Source: an uncultured Armatimonadia bacterium (lineage in GTDB: Bacteria; Armatimonadota; Zipacnadia; Zipacnadales; FEN-943). From it: DNA of 58,884 nucleotides. Of the stretch, positions 18,639 to 28,411 are shown piece after piece. The position numbers were made by a program, and so were the translations under genes. Positions within the stretch are counted from its first letter, which is position 1; every line of letters begins with the position of its first letter. The notes under the pieces were generated by a model. That model saw nothing but the letters and a program-made list of their open reading frames with translations, was not told where the DNA came from and searched no databases. The DNA lies in contig CAZSOQ010000002.1 in NCBI GenBank assembly GCA_964608495.1, positions 1 through 58,884 of the forward strand. Direction: 5' to 3'.

Positions 18639-19403
18639 TTGCTGGAGGAGACTTTCGTGCACCTGCCGGCCGTGGGGCCGCGCACGGAGGCGCGGCTGTG
18701 GCAGGCGGGGATCGCGGACTGGGCCGCGGCGCTGGCCAGTGGATCGGCGCCGGGGATCGGCCGCGCGCGCTGGGCAACAATGCAGCGGATGCTCGAGGAG
18801 TGCCGACGCAGTCTGCAGGCGAGGGAGCACCGGTACTTCGCCGAGCGGCTGGCACAGCGCTATCACTGGCGCGCCTGGCCGGACTTCCGGCACGCCGCCG
18901 CCTATCTGGACATCGAGACCACGGGGCTCCACCGGGCCGCGCAGGTGACCGTGGTGGGAGTCTACGACGGCCTTCGGGTGCACAGCTTCGTACTGGGCGA
19001 CAACCTGGACCTGCTGCCCGAGTTCCTCGACCAGTTCGCGCTCATCGTGACCTTCAACGGCGCCACCTTCGACCTGCCCTTCCTGCGCCGGCGGTTCCCA
19101 CGCCTCGACCTGAGCCAACTGCACATGGACCTGCGGTATGCTCTACGCGAGGCGGGAATCTCGGGTGGGCTGAAGAGCATCGAGCGCCGCATGGGCCTGG
19201 TCAGGGACGAGGACATCGCGCAACTGGACGGGCTCGATGCCGTAAGGCTATGGCAGGAGTACGTGAGGGGCGACGATCGGTCCCTGGACCTGCTGGTGAG
19301 GTACAACGCAGCGGACGTGGCAAACCTGGAGACACTGGCCGAACATGCCTACCGAGAATTGTGGAAGCGGTGTCGGGCCGGCTGCAGAGTCCCTCCCGGA
19401 TGA
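18639..19403 (+). CDS. RNase H-like (YprB-type) 3'-5' exonuclease domain protein with N-terminal HhH-like segment
   Basis: YLDIETTGL and FNGATFDLPFLRRRF are DEDD-type motifs. The start is either TTG at 18639 or the in-frame GTG at 18657 (6 nt after GGAGGAG). Confidence 0.65.
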   Translation: MLEETFVHLPAVGPRTEARLWQAGIADWAAALASGSAPGIGRARWATMQRMLEECRRSLQAREHRYFAERLAQRYHWRAWPDFRHAAAYLDIETTGLHRAAQVTVVGVYDGLRVHSFVLGDNLDLLPEFLDQFALIVTFNGATFDLPFLRRRFPRLDLSQLHMDLRYALREAGISGGLKSIERRMGLVRDEDIAQLDGLDAVRLWQEYVRGDDRSLDLLVRYNAADVANLETLAEHAYRELWKRCRAGCRVPPG

Positions 19404-20589
19404 GAGGGACTCGACCCCAGCCGTATGCCGCGGGCTGAGCGTCTTGCTCCTCGCGGCTTTTGCTGTTGATCTGGCGGCGGCGACCGTAGGGCTGGCGACC
19501 CAGTTCCTGGGCATCAAGCTCAACGCCTCGACGGTGCTTCTGGGGCTCTACGGCACGGTGGGGGCCACCGTGTACGGCGTGGGGTGCTTCTTCGCCGGAC
19601 GGTCCTCGGACCGCTTCGGGCGACGCATATCGGCCGCCTTCCTGGCCCTGGCCGCTGTCGTGTGGCTGGTGCTGGGCCTGCAGCGCTCGCCCTACACGCT
19701 GCTGTACCTCATCCCGGTCGGCTCGGGCTGCCTGGCCTTCTTCTGGCCGCTCGTCCAGGCGTGGATAGGCGACCTGGTGCCCGACGGCCGCAGACTCACG
19801 GTCGTGCTGGGCAGCTTCAACGTGCTCTGGACGGCCGGGCTGATGGTCGGGCCGGTGCTCTGCGGCTACCTGTGGGGCTTCCACAACCTGGCTCCCTTCC
19901 TGCTGGTCATGGCCGTCGCGTGGGGCGTGGCCTTGAGCCTGCTCACGGTTCCGACAGTGGACGGCAGCGGCGAGGACGACGCCTCCGGGGGCAACGGGTC
20001 GCCGACCCGCTTCGACCCGAGGACCGACCTCTACCTGCCCCTGGCGTGGCTGGCGAACTTCGCGAGCTGGTTCGGGGCGGGCGCGGCGCGCACCCTCTTC
20101 CCCAAGGTCGGGACGGAGATGGGCTTCAGCGAGGTAACGATCGGGTGGGTGCTCTTCGCCAACCTGGCCGGGCAGCTTCTCGCCTTCCTGGGGCTGCGCC
20201 AGGCCACGTGGTGGCACTATCGCCGCAAGCCGCTGATGCTGGGCCTTCTGATCGGGGCCCTGGGCATGGCGGCCTCCGTCTGGGCCGAGAGCCCCCTGGC
20301 CTTCGGACTGGCCTTCGCCTGGGTGGGCACCGCCAACGGCTTCACCTACGTCGCGAGCTTGTTCTACAGCCTCCAGGCGCCCCAGCGGCTGCGAGGCCGA
20401 CGCACGGGTATCCACGAGGCGATCATAGGAGCAGGCCTGGCCGGTGGTCCCCTGGTGGGCGGGCTCGTCGGCACCGCCTTCGGGCTTCGCGCGATCTTCG
20501 TGGCCGGAGCGGTCGTCTTCGCCGGCGTCCTCCTGGCCGAGCTGCTGCTGTGGGCCAGGTACCGAGCGACCCCGGCCAGGACCGTCTAG
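19345..20589 (+). CDS. MFS transporter
   Basis: About 12 TM helices and the loop motif GRSSDRFGRR. The start is uncertain: ATG at 19345 overlaps the previous gene by 59 nt, and an in-frame TTG at 19444 is possible. Confidence 0.7.
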   Translation: MPTENCGSGVGPAAESLPDERDSTPAVCRGLSVLLLAAFAVDLAAATVGLATQFLGIKLNASTVLLGLYGTVGATVYGVGCFFAGRSSDRFGRRISAAFLALAAVVWLVLGLQRSPYTLLYLIPVGSGCLAFFWPLVQAWIGDLVPDGRRLTVVLGSFNVLWTAGLMVGPVLCGYLWGFHNLAPFLLVMAVAWGVALSLLTVPTVDGSGEDDASGGNGSPTRFDPRTDLYLPLAWLANFASWFGAGAARTLFPKVGTEMGFSEVTIGWVLFANLAGQLLAFLGLRQATWWHYRRKPLMLGLLIGALGMAASVWAESPLAFGLAFAWVGTANGFTYVASLFYSLQAPQRLRGRRTGIHEAIIGAGLAGGPLVGGLVGTAFGLRAIFVAGAVVFAGVLLAELLLWARYRATPARTV

Positions 20590-20610
20590 GCCGGTCGCGG
20601 CATCCCCTTC

Positions 20611-21375
20611 TCACTCGCCGACGGTGAGCTCCACCGAGGGCACGCCCGCCAGGTCCAGCACCGCGCGGCGGGCGCCGACGGTCTCGAGCTGGTCGGGCCG
20701 GCTGAGGAAGCTGATGTCGTCCTCGCGGGCGAGGCTGACCAAGTGGGCGCCGTGGTCCGTGGCGCGGAACTCGCGGGCCAGGCCGGGGACGCCGAGGTAG
20801 CCGAAGACGTACAGCGCGGCCTTGGCGGCGTCGTTGGCCGCGCGCAGGTCCAGCCGATCCAGCAGGCACCCGCAGGCCAGCAGGTCCTCGAGGTTGAGCC
20901 GGGTCTGGTCCTGAGAGAACCCCGCCATGACCAGGGCGATGTCCGCGCCCAGCGAGACCGCGAGCCGCAGGGCCGCGCGGGCACAGGCCGCGGCGTTGAT
21001 GGTCGTGCCGACGAGCAGCGCCGGGGCCTCGCGCGCGGCCAGGCAGCAGTAAGCGAAGTTGCTGGACGTGAAGACGCAGGTCCAGGCCAGCTCCGTCGGG
21101 GCGACGACGGGCTCGTTCCCGCGGTCGAAGCCCTGGACCTTCACCCCTCCCTTCTCCCCCACGAGCAACACCGCTTCGCCCTCGGCGACGAGGGCGTCGC
21201 GAACCGCCAGGGCCTCGTGCGGCTCGGCCAGCACGATGACACGGCCGGCGCCGCGCGCGAGGAGCGTGGTGATCGTGCCGCTGGCGCGAAGCGCATCCAC
21301 GGCGATGGCGACCTGGCCGCGGGCGGCGGCGACCTGGGCGCCGGTCGCTCCGTTGTACACGTAGACGCTGGGCAT
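20611..21375 (-). CDS. comB: 2-phosphosulfolactate phosphatase family protein (ComB-like)
   Basis: ORF trimmed to MPSVYVYNG... (ATG at 21375, after AGGGGGAA). Motifs: VDALRASGTITTLLARGA and VGEKGGVKVQGFDRGNEP. Confidence 0.7.
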   Translation of the reverse strand: MPSVYVYNGATGAQVAAARGQVAIAVDALRASGTITTLLARGAGRVIVLAEPHEALAVRDALVAEGEAVLLVGEKGGVKVQGFDRGNEPVVAPTELAWTCVFTSSNFAYCCLAAREAPALLVGTTINAAACARAALRLAVSLGADIALVMAGFSQDQTRLNLEDLLACGCLLDRLDLRAANDAAKAALYVFGYLGVPGLAREFRATDHGAHLVSLAREDDISFLSRPDQLETVGARRAVLDLAGVPSVELTVGE

Positions 21376-21422
21376 CGGCTTCCCCCTGGTGTGGCGCGCG
21401 ACCGGCCTGCTCGTCCTTCGCC

Positions 21423-22055
21423 CTACCTGAGCGCCGCCCTGAGCTGGGCGAGCGAGATGGGCCCGGCGCGCAGCACCTCCACATCGTCGTCGCTGACCGC
21501 GACGACGGTCGAGGCCTGGTTCGGGCGAGGGCCATCCTCGAGGACGACGGCCGGGGCCAGGGCGAGCGCGTCGGCGCACTCGGCGGCGGTGGCGGAGGTG
21601 GGCTCGTCGGAGAGGTTGGCGGAGGTGGCCGCGACGAGGAAGGGCGCGCGCGACAGGACCAACAGCGCCGTGGCATCGTCGGGAACGCGCAGGCCCACGG
21701 TAGCAGCGCCCCCGCTCACCCAGAAGGGCACGGACTGCGGACGCGGCACGACGAGCGTCAACGGCCCCGGCCAGAAGGTCCAGGCCAGGACCCGCGCGGC
21801 GGGCGAAGCCTCCGGGGCTACTCGCTCGAATTGCTCGAAGCTGGCGAGCAGGATGGGCACAGGGCGGTCGGGTGGACGGCGCTTGGCCTGGAAGATACGC
21901 GAGACGGCGGCTTCGTCGTCGGCGCGAGCGGCCAGGCCGTAGACCGTATCGGTGGGAAGGACGACGAGCTGGCCGGCGGCCAGGGCCTCGACGGCAGCGT
22001 CGGCGGCCGCCTCGCGGTCGTCAGCGCTGATGGTCAGGTGGCGAGGGGTCCTCAT
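21423..22055 (-). CDS. tsaC: L-threonylcarbamoyladenylate synthase, single-domain YrdC/TsaC type
   Basis: LVVLPTDTVYGLAARADDEAAVSRIFQAKRRPPDRPVPILL. ATGA overlap with the prmC stop at 22052-22055. Confidence 0.8.
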   Translation of the reverse strand: MRTPRHLTISADDREAAADAAVEALAAGQLVVLPTDTVYGLAARADDEAAVSRIFQAKRRPPDRPVPILLASFEQFERVAPEASPAARVLAWTFWPGPLTLVVPRPQSVPFWVSGGAATVGLRVPDDATALLVLSRAPFLVAATSANLSDEPTSATAAECADALALAPAVVLEDGPRPNQASTVVAVSDDDVEVLRAGPISLAQLRAALR

Positions 22056-22926
22056 CGCTGGTCGGACTCCCGGTGGACTCGGAAGGCGACGGCGACACGG
22101 TCGAGGCCGGCCAGGTCCTGGCGGAGCTCCGCCCGCCACCAGGGGAGGCTGAACTCGAGCATGCGGACGGGGGCCGACCCCTGGGTCGCGCTTATCTCGA
22201 GGCCCACGAACTCGAGGTTGGCCAGAGTGGGCAATTGCTCGATGAGGCGAGCCACGGCCTCCAGGCCGGTCGGGCCGGCGACTAGAGCGCGCCGCGGCTC
22301 GTGCTGCAGCTCGGGTTGCCCCGTCAGGTACTCGGCCTCGGAGACGTAGGGAAGGTTGGCGACCAGGCCCCGCACCGCCGACACCAGGCCCGCCTGGCGG
22401 ACGGGGGCGAGCAGGTCGCCGCGGAGGAAGCGGATCCGGTCGGCATAGCCGAGGGCCTCGGCGTTGGCCCGGGCAAGCTCAAGAGCCCGCGAACTCGCGT
22501 CTGTCGCGACGATCCGGGCGGCAGGCTGCTGGGCGGCGAGGGCGAGGGCGACACACCCCGAACCCGTGCCGATGTCCACGATGGTGGCGGGGCCACGCCC
22601 GCGCAGCCATTCCAAAGCCACGTCCACGAGCAGCTCGGTCTCGGGGCGCGGGACCAGGGCGCGGCGGTCGCAGCGCAGCCGCAGACCGTAGAAATAGGCC
22701 TCACCGAGGACATAAGGCAGGGGCACCCGGGCGGCACGTGCGGCCAGGATGCGGTCGGCGCGGGCGCGGGCGTCGTCGCTCAAGGCCGCGTCCAGCCGAG
22801 CGGGCAACTGCCCGAGGTCGAGATCGAGCAGATGGCAGGCGATGAGCCGGGCCTCGACTTCGGGCTCACAGGACTCCGCGGCGCGAAGACGCTCGCCCCA
22901 CTCGCGCAGCGCATCCCTCAAGACGG

Positions 22927-22930
<4 letters not shown>
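22052..22930 (-). CDS. prmC: Release-factor glutamine N5-methyltransferase
   Basis: MTVLRDAL... with the SAM motif IVDIGTGSGCVALALA, then VANLPYV at the position of the NPPY box. ATGA overlap with the prfA stop at 22927-22930. Confidence 0.85.
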
Positions 22931-24015
<1,085 letters not shown>

Positions 24016-24094
24016 AGACAACCACCACCAGGAGCGCTTACTGAGCGCGCGGCCGCGCCTCGGCCCGGCGCCCGACAGCATGGACGTGAGGTAG

Positions 24095-25132
24095 CTAGCC
24101 TTCCTCGGGCTCGGTCAGGGGGCCCGGGGAGCCGGGCGGAGGCGGAGCGTCCTCGGCGACCCCGGCCAGCTCTTCGACAGGCTCTTCGCCCTCGACGGGC
24201 ACGGAGGGTTGCCAGGGACGCGCGGGTTCCATCCCCTCCGGCCGGCTCACCGCCGGCGCCACGGCCGCCAGGGCGTGGATCGCCACCTCCGCCTGGTCGC
24301 GGTCGAAGCCGCGGGTCGTCAGGGCCTCCATCGCCATCCCCGGGACGGCGAGGGCTCGCGCGAAGAGGCTGTCGCGGTGGCGGCCCGCGAAGTAGATGAT
24401 CTCGTAGGCCAAAGCCGCGACGAGAGGCAGCACCGCGATCCTCAGCAGAGCGCGCAGCAGAGGGTCGGGCCACCCGAGGAAGCAGTTGACGACGAGCTTC
24501 ACGGCGACGACCGTGAGCAGGAAGCTGGTGCCGCACCGGGGGTGCAGGACGCTGTGCTTGAGGACGTTGTCGGGAGTAACAGTGTCGCCGGCCTCGAAGC
24601 AGTTGATCGCGGCGTGTTCCGCGCCGTGGTACTGGAAGACCCGGCGGATGTCGGGCATCAGGCCGACGCCGGCGATGTAGGCGATGATGACCGCGAGCCT
24701 GATCGCGCCCTCGATGACGTTGCGCAGCACGGTCCCGGCCTCGCGACCGGACGCGACCCAGTCCACGGCCCAGGTGGGGAGCAGCACGAAGAGACCGATG
24801 GCGAGGGCGAAGGCCCCCAGGCCGCTGGCAGCCATCATCCAGCCGGAAGACCGGCGCCTGGCGTGGTCGGGCGCGGCGTCCTCCATAGCCATCGCCGCCG
24901 AGGTCTGCAGGGACGTCCAGCCCAGGGCGATGGACTCGTAGAGGGCGACGTTCCCACGCAGGACAGGCCAACGCGCCCACCGCCATAGCGTGGCCAGCGC
25001 GGGTTGGGCGCGGACGTAGAGGCTGACCGAGCAGTCGGCGCGACGACAGGCCACAGCCCAGCGGTCGGGCGCACGCATCATCACGCCTTCCAGGACTGCC
25101 TGGCCGCCATAGAATGCCTTCTGGTCGGGCAC
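24095..25132 (-). CDS. DUF1385 (YqhQ-like) membrane protein
   Basis: GTG start. FYGGQAVLEGVMMR at the N-terminus and HGAEHAAINCFE. Its position between rpmE and prfA is the conserved one. Confidence 0.8.
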   Translation of the reverse strand: MPDQKAFYGGQAVLEGVMMRAPDRWAVACRRADCSVSLYVRAQPALATLWRWARWPVLRGNVALYESIALGWTSLQTSAAMAMEDAAPDHARRRSSGWMMAASGLGAFALAIGLFVLLPTWAVDWVASGREAGTVLRNVIEGAIRLAVIIAYIAGVGLMPDIRRVFQYHGAEHAAINCFEAGDTVTPDNVLKHSVLHPRCGTSFLLTVVAVKLVVNCFLGWPDPLLRALLRIAVLPLVAALAYEIIYFAGRHRDSLFARALAVPGMAMEALTTRGFDRDQAEVAIHALAAVAPAVSRPEGMEPARPWQPSVPVEGEEPVEELAGVAEDAPPPPGSPGPLTEPEEG

Positions 25133-25168
25133 GAACTCCCACCCGGGGACAAGAGACCGGACGGAGGC

Positions 25169-25420
25169 CTATTCCTCTTGCTGGGACTGCTCGGACTTTC
25201 GAGCCTGCCTCTTGTAGCGTCGCTCCAGACCGTAGCGGCGGATGAACCGCTCGACCCGCCCCTCGGTGTCAACGATCTTCTGCTGACCCGTGAAGAAGGG
25301 GTGACACTTGCTGCATACTTCCGTGCGCAGCTCAGGCTTGGTCGAGCGCGTCTTGAAGGTCTCGCCGCAGACGCAGATAGCCACAGCGTCCATGTACTCA
25401 GGATGGATTCCGTCTTTCAT
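25169..25420 (-). CDS. rpmE: 50S ribosomal protein L31 (Zn-ribbon type)
   Basis: [57 protein letters not shown] upstream. Taken from the 3' end of ORF 25169..26386. Confidence 0.95.
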   Translation of the reverse strand: MKDGIHPEYMDAVAICVCGETFKTRSTKPELRTEVCSKCHPFFTGQQKIVDTEGRVERFIRRYGLERRYKRQARKSEQSQQEE

Positions 25421-25434
25421 GCTCTGCCACCTCG

Positions 25435-25464
25435 AAATAACCGCGGCCGTGTAGCCGGCCGCGG
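25435..25464 (-). terminator. Intrinsic-terminator-like hairpin immediately upstream of the rpmE SD (leader attenuator, or terminator of the upstream gene)
   Basis: The minus strand reads CCGCGGCCG-GCTACA-CGGCCGCGG followed by TTATTT, then GAGGTGG and ATG. Confidence 0.45.
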
Positions 25465-25488
25465 GGTAGCCGTCGGAAGGTGCAAGGA

Positions 25489-25517
25489 ATGGTAGCATAC
25501 CCAGCCCTGCGGTGCAA
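25489..25517 (-). promoter_or_regulatory. Possible rpmE promoter (TTGCAC-N17-TACCAT on the minus strand)
   Basis: Hexamers at 25512-25517 and 25489-25494 (plus-strand coordinates) with a 17-nt spacer. Moderate match only. Confidence 0.3.
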
Positions 25518-25592
25518 CATGCCGGTCCGGCGCGTCCAGGGGGCCGGGACGGCCTTCTGAGTCCCTCGGGCACGGCGCCCAGTCGGGGCGCG

Positions 25593-26462
25593 TCAAGCGG
25601 TGAGGTCCCGCAGGTGCTCGCAGTCACGCCGGAGCTGGGCCTTGCGGTCCTCGGCCTTGCCCAGCCCTTCGTCCTCGACGTACAGCCCTCCCTCGTAGCC
25701 CCCGGCCCGCAGAAGCTGCACCAGGCGGCCATGATCCACGTCGCCGTCGGGGATCGCGCAGACGTACTTGCCATACTCGTACCCCAGCGGGCGCTGCTGG
25801 TTGCGCAGGTAGCCAGGGTAGGAGATGTTCTTGCAGTGCGTGTGGACGACGTGGGGCGCGAAGGCCTGGATGATCTGGTAGACGCGGTCCACGGGATGGC
25901 CGGCCCAGTAGAAGTTGCCGGTGTCCAGGGCCAGGCCCAGCCGCGGCGACCCGACGCGCGCGACGACGCCGCCCATCCAGGCAGGATCGTTGCCCTGCTG
26001 GCCGTGGTTCTCAATGCCCAGGGCCACGGAGCTGTCGGGCGTGGCCTCCAGGATGCGCAGGACGGCGTCGGAGTAGGTGCGCACCCGCTCCGCCCAAGGC
26101 AGGTCGCCCTGCCCGGCCATGGCCGAATCGGTGCGGACAGCGCGCGCGCCCAGGACCTCGGCGAGGCCCACGGCGCTGACCACCCACTCGATCTGGGCGT
26201 CGAGCTCGTCGGAGTTGAAGTTGGTCGCCAGCAGCAGGCCGCCCACCTTGATCCCCGCCGCTGCGTAGCGGTCGGCCAAAGCCTGCCAGTCGTCGGGCGT
26301 GGCGAGGAGCGAAGTCTCCGCGGCCGGCGTCTCAGGGCCAACGACCCGGCGGTCGAGGGGGTATTGCAGCTCGACGGTGTCCACACCGCAGTCGGCTATG
26401 CCCTCGGCCAGCGTCTCGTGGCCCGCGTGGTATATGATCACGTCTCTAACGGCACAGAACAT
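25593..26462 (-). CDS. Sugar phosphate isomerase/epimerase (xylose-isomerase-like TIM barrel)
   Basis: 289 aa with AAGGAGG upstream. Pattern: ...[13 protein letters not shown]..., [17 protein letters not shown]. Confidence 0.65.
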   Translation of the reverse strand: MFCAVRDVIIYHAGHETLAEGIADCGVDTVELQYPLDRRVVGPETPAAETSLLATPDDWQALADRYAAAGIKVGGLLLATNFNSDELDAQIEWVVSAVGLAEVLGARAVRTDSAMAGQGDLPWAERVRTYSDAVLRILEATPDSSVALGIENHGQQGNDPAWMGGVVARVGSPRLGLALDTGNFYWAGHPVDRVYQIIQAFAPHVVHTHCKNISYPGYLRNQQRPLGYEYGKYVCAIPDGDVDHGRLVQLLRAGGYEGGLYVEDEGLGKAEDRKAQLRRDCEHLRDLTA

Positions 26463-26530
26463 GATGTTCGAAGACCTCCTTGTCGGTGCGTCGGTGTTCG
26501 CCCAGGGCGCTAAGGTTCCTCCGACTGCCT

Positions 26531-26554
26531 AGCCCGCGGCGCGGCGCGCGGGCT
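26531..26554 (-). terminator. Perfect 8-bp GC hairpin just after the sulfatase stop (no U-tract)
   Basis: agcccgcg-N8-cgcgggct, abutting the TAA at 26554-26556. Confidence 0.25.
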
Positions 26555-28152
26555 TAGTGCCCAGGCCGGAACATCTGGAAGTCGCCCTCGCCGATGTCCA
26601 GGTCGGCATACTTGTCCAGGCGGAAGGTGTGCCAGTAGCAGGCCCAGCGCGGATCGGCCGCCAGCACGCCGCCCAGCCGGAGGATCATCTCCGCTCTGGC
26701 GCCGGCGCAGGCGGGATCCCCCACAAGGTTGCGGTAGGAACGGTCGTCCAGGTCATACAGCTCGTCGTGCTCCGACGTGAGGTTGTAGGTGTACATGAGC
26801 TGGGACTCGCCGACCTGCGAAAAGAGCGAGACGGCCGGATTGGGGCAGACGTGCCACCCACACTCGAACAGGCACGGCGACGAGCGCTCGGCCCGGGCGC
26901 CGCGGATCAGCGGAAGCAGCGATTCGCCGTCGAGGCGGTCGGCCGGGGTCAGGCCCGTCATCTCGAGGATCGTGGGCGCGATGTCCAGCAGCGAGACGAT
27001 AGGGTCCACCGTGCGGCCCGCGGCCTCGCCGCGCGGGAGCTTGACGGACAGCGGGACGAGCGCGACCTTCGGGTGGCCGTAGACGCCCTTGTCCATCAGG
27101 CCGCGCTCGCAGTTCATCTCCCCGTGGTCGCCGGCGAAGATCACCAGGGCGTCGTCGTACAGGCCGCGGGCGTCGAGGGCGGCCAGGAAGTGGCCCAGCG
27201 CGGCTTCCAGGGCCTCGATCTGCAGGAAGTTCATCAGCATGTAGCGGCGCGCCACGGCCTCGTCGTACAGCCCCCAGTTGCGCAGGTAGAACTCGTAGAC
27301 GCGAGGCCAGCCCCGGTCCCGACCGTGCACCGCCTCGAAGTAGCTGGCCGGTAACTGAATGTGAGGCTCGAGCTCGCGGGCGCGCTCCTTCAGGTCGCCG
27401 GGGACGAGGAAGGGCTGGTGGGGCGCGAAGAAGTCGAGCTGAAGGTACAGCGGCGCCGAAGCCTGCGAGGACCGGGCCAGGGCGGCTTCGAGCGTCTGGC
27501 ACGCGAGCCAGGCGAGGTAGTGGCTGTAGGTGGCCTCCTCGGGGAAGTCGCCGCCACCGGCCTGCTCGATCCAGCCGCCGTAGCTGTTGCCCCGCGTCTT
27601 GCGGTCCGGGCGCAGGCCTACGACGGGGTCGCGCCAGGCGGGCGGGCGCACGCCCAGCTCCCGCAGGTAGCGCACGTAACCGTCGTCGTCCTCCAGGGGA
27701 GGAGCCCAGCGGTCCCACGGTGTGTCGTTCTCCCCAAAGGCGTCCAGGAACTTGGCCGTGCCCACGTGGCACTTGCCCACGTGGCGGGTGACATAGCCCG
27801 CGGCGCGCAGGTACTCGGGGAAGATGGCGTCCGACGGGCGCAGGGCCGTCTCCCAGCCGTCGTGGGCCCGCTCCTCGTTGACCGTGAGGTAGGGGTAGCG
27901 GCCCGTCAGGTACCCGGCTCGCGATGGGCCGCACAGTGGCGAGGCGCTGACCGCATGGGAGAAGCGCGTGCCCTCGGCCAGCAGGCGGTCCATGTTCGGC
28001 GTGCGCAGGTGCTCGCGCATCGGATCGGCCGGGTCGTAGCTGTCGCGGGGGATCATGTCCACGGTGATCACGAAGATATGGGGGGGCGAGGCGTCGGGGT
28101 CCTGGTCGAAGGGATGGGCGCCGGTTCGGTCGTTGAGATAGCGTCGGGCCAT
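26554..28152 (-). CDS. Cys-type sulfatase (arylsulfatase family), no signal peptide
   Basis: Formylglycine motif SPLCGPSRAGYLTGRYPY. IFVITVDM near the N-terminus and FAGDHGEM. GAGGTG SD. Confidence 0.85.
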   Translation of the reverse strand: MARRYLNDRTGAHPFDQDPDASPPHIFVITVDMIPRDSYDPADPMREHLRTPNMDRLLAEGTRFSHAVSASPLCGPSRAGYLTGRYPYLTVNEERAHDGWETALRPSDAIFPEYLRAAGYVTRHVGKCHVGTAKFLDAFGENDTPWDRWAPPLEDDDGYVRYLRELGVRPPAWRDPVVGLRPDRKTRGNSYGGWIEQAGGGDFPEEATYSHYLAWLACQTLEAALARSSQASAPLYLQLDFFAPHQPFLVPGDLKERARELEPHIQLPASYFEAVHGRDRGWPRVYEFYLRNWGLYDEAVARRYMLMNFLQIEALEAALGHFLAALDARGLYDDALVIFAGDHGEMNCERGLMDKGVYGHPKVALVPLSVKLPRGEAAGRTVDPIVSLLDIAPTILEMTGLTPADRLDGESLLPLIRGARAERSSPCLFECGWHVCPNPAVSLFSQVGESQLMYTYNLTSEHDELYDLDDRSYRNLVGDPACAGARAEMILRLGGVLAADPRWACYWHTFRLDKYADLDIGEGDFQMFRPGH

Positions 28153-28310
28153 AAGCGCACACCTCGCAGGGCTGAGCTACTACCGGTCTGTGGCTCCGGC
28201 GGCTGGGCGTGCAAGGACGAGCGCGCCGGGGCCATGCAGGCGAGGGTTCCACGGCCCGCGACCGGTCGCCTTCCCGACGCGGGGGCCGGCGAGGCGCGGC
28301 CGGCGCGGTT

Positions 28311-28340
28311 TTGACACGGCCCCGGGGCCGGTCCTACACT
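28311..28340 (+). promoter_or_regulatory. Sigma70-type promoter (TTGACA-N18-TACACT) upstream of the fucosidase gene
   Basis: TTGACA at 28311-28316 and TACACT at 28335-28340, ~70 nt upstream of the GTG at 28412. Confidence 0.5.
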
Positions 28341-28411
28341 TGCCCGGACTTGCCGAGGGCGCGGCGGCAGGTCCGGCGACCAGGAAACCGGCGGCAGCCA
28401 GGTGAGGCCCC

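Noticed and set aside
19345-19403. 59-nt overlap between the exonuclease-like gene and the MFS gene, considered as a possible programmed overlap or frameshift.
   Set aside because: It is more simply explained by an uncertain MFS start codon (an in-frame TTG at 19444 lies downstream). No slippery sequence or conserved structure was seen.
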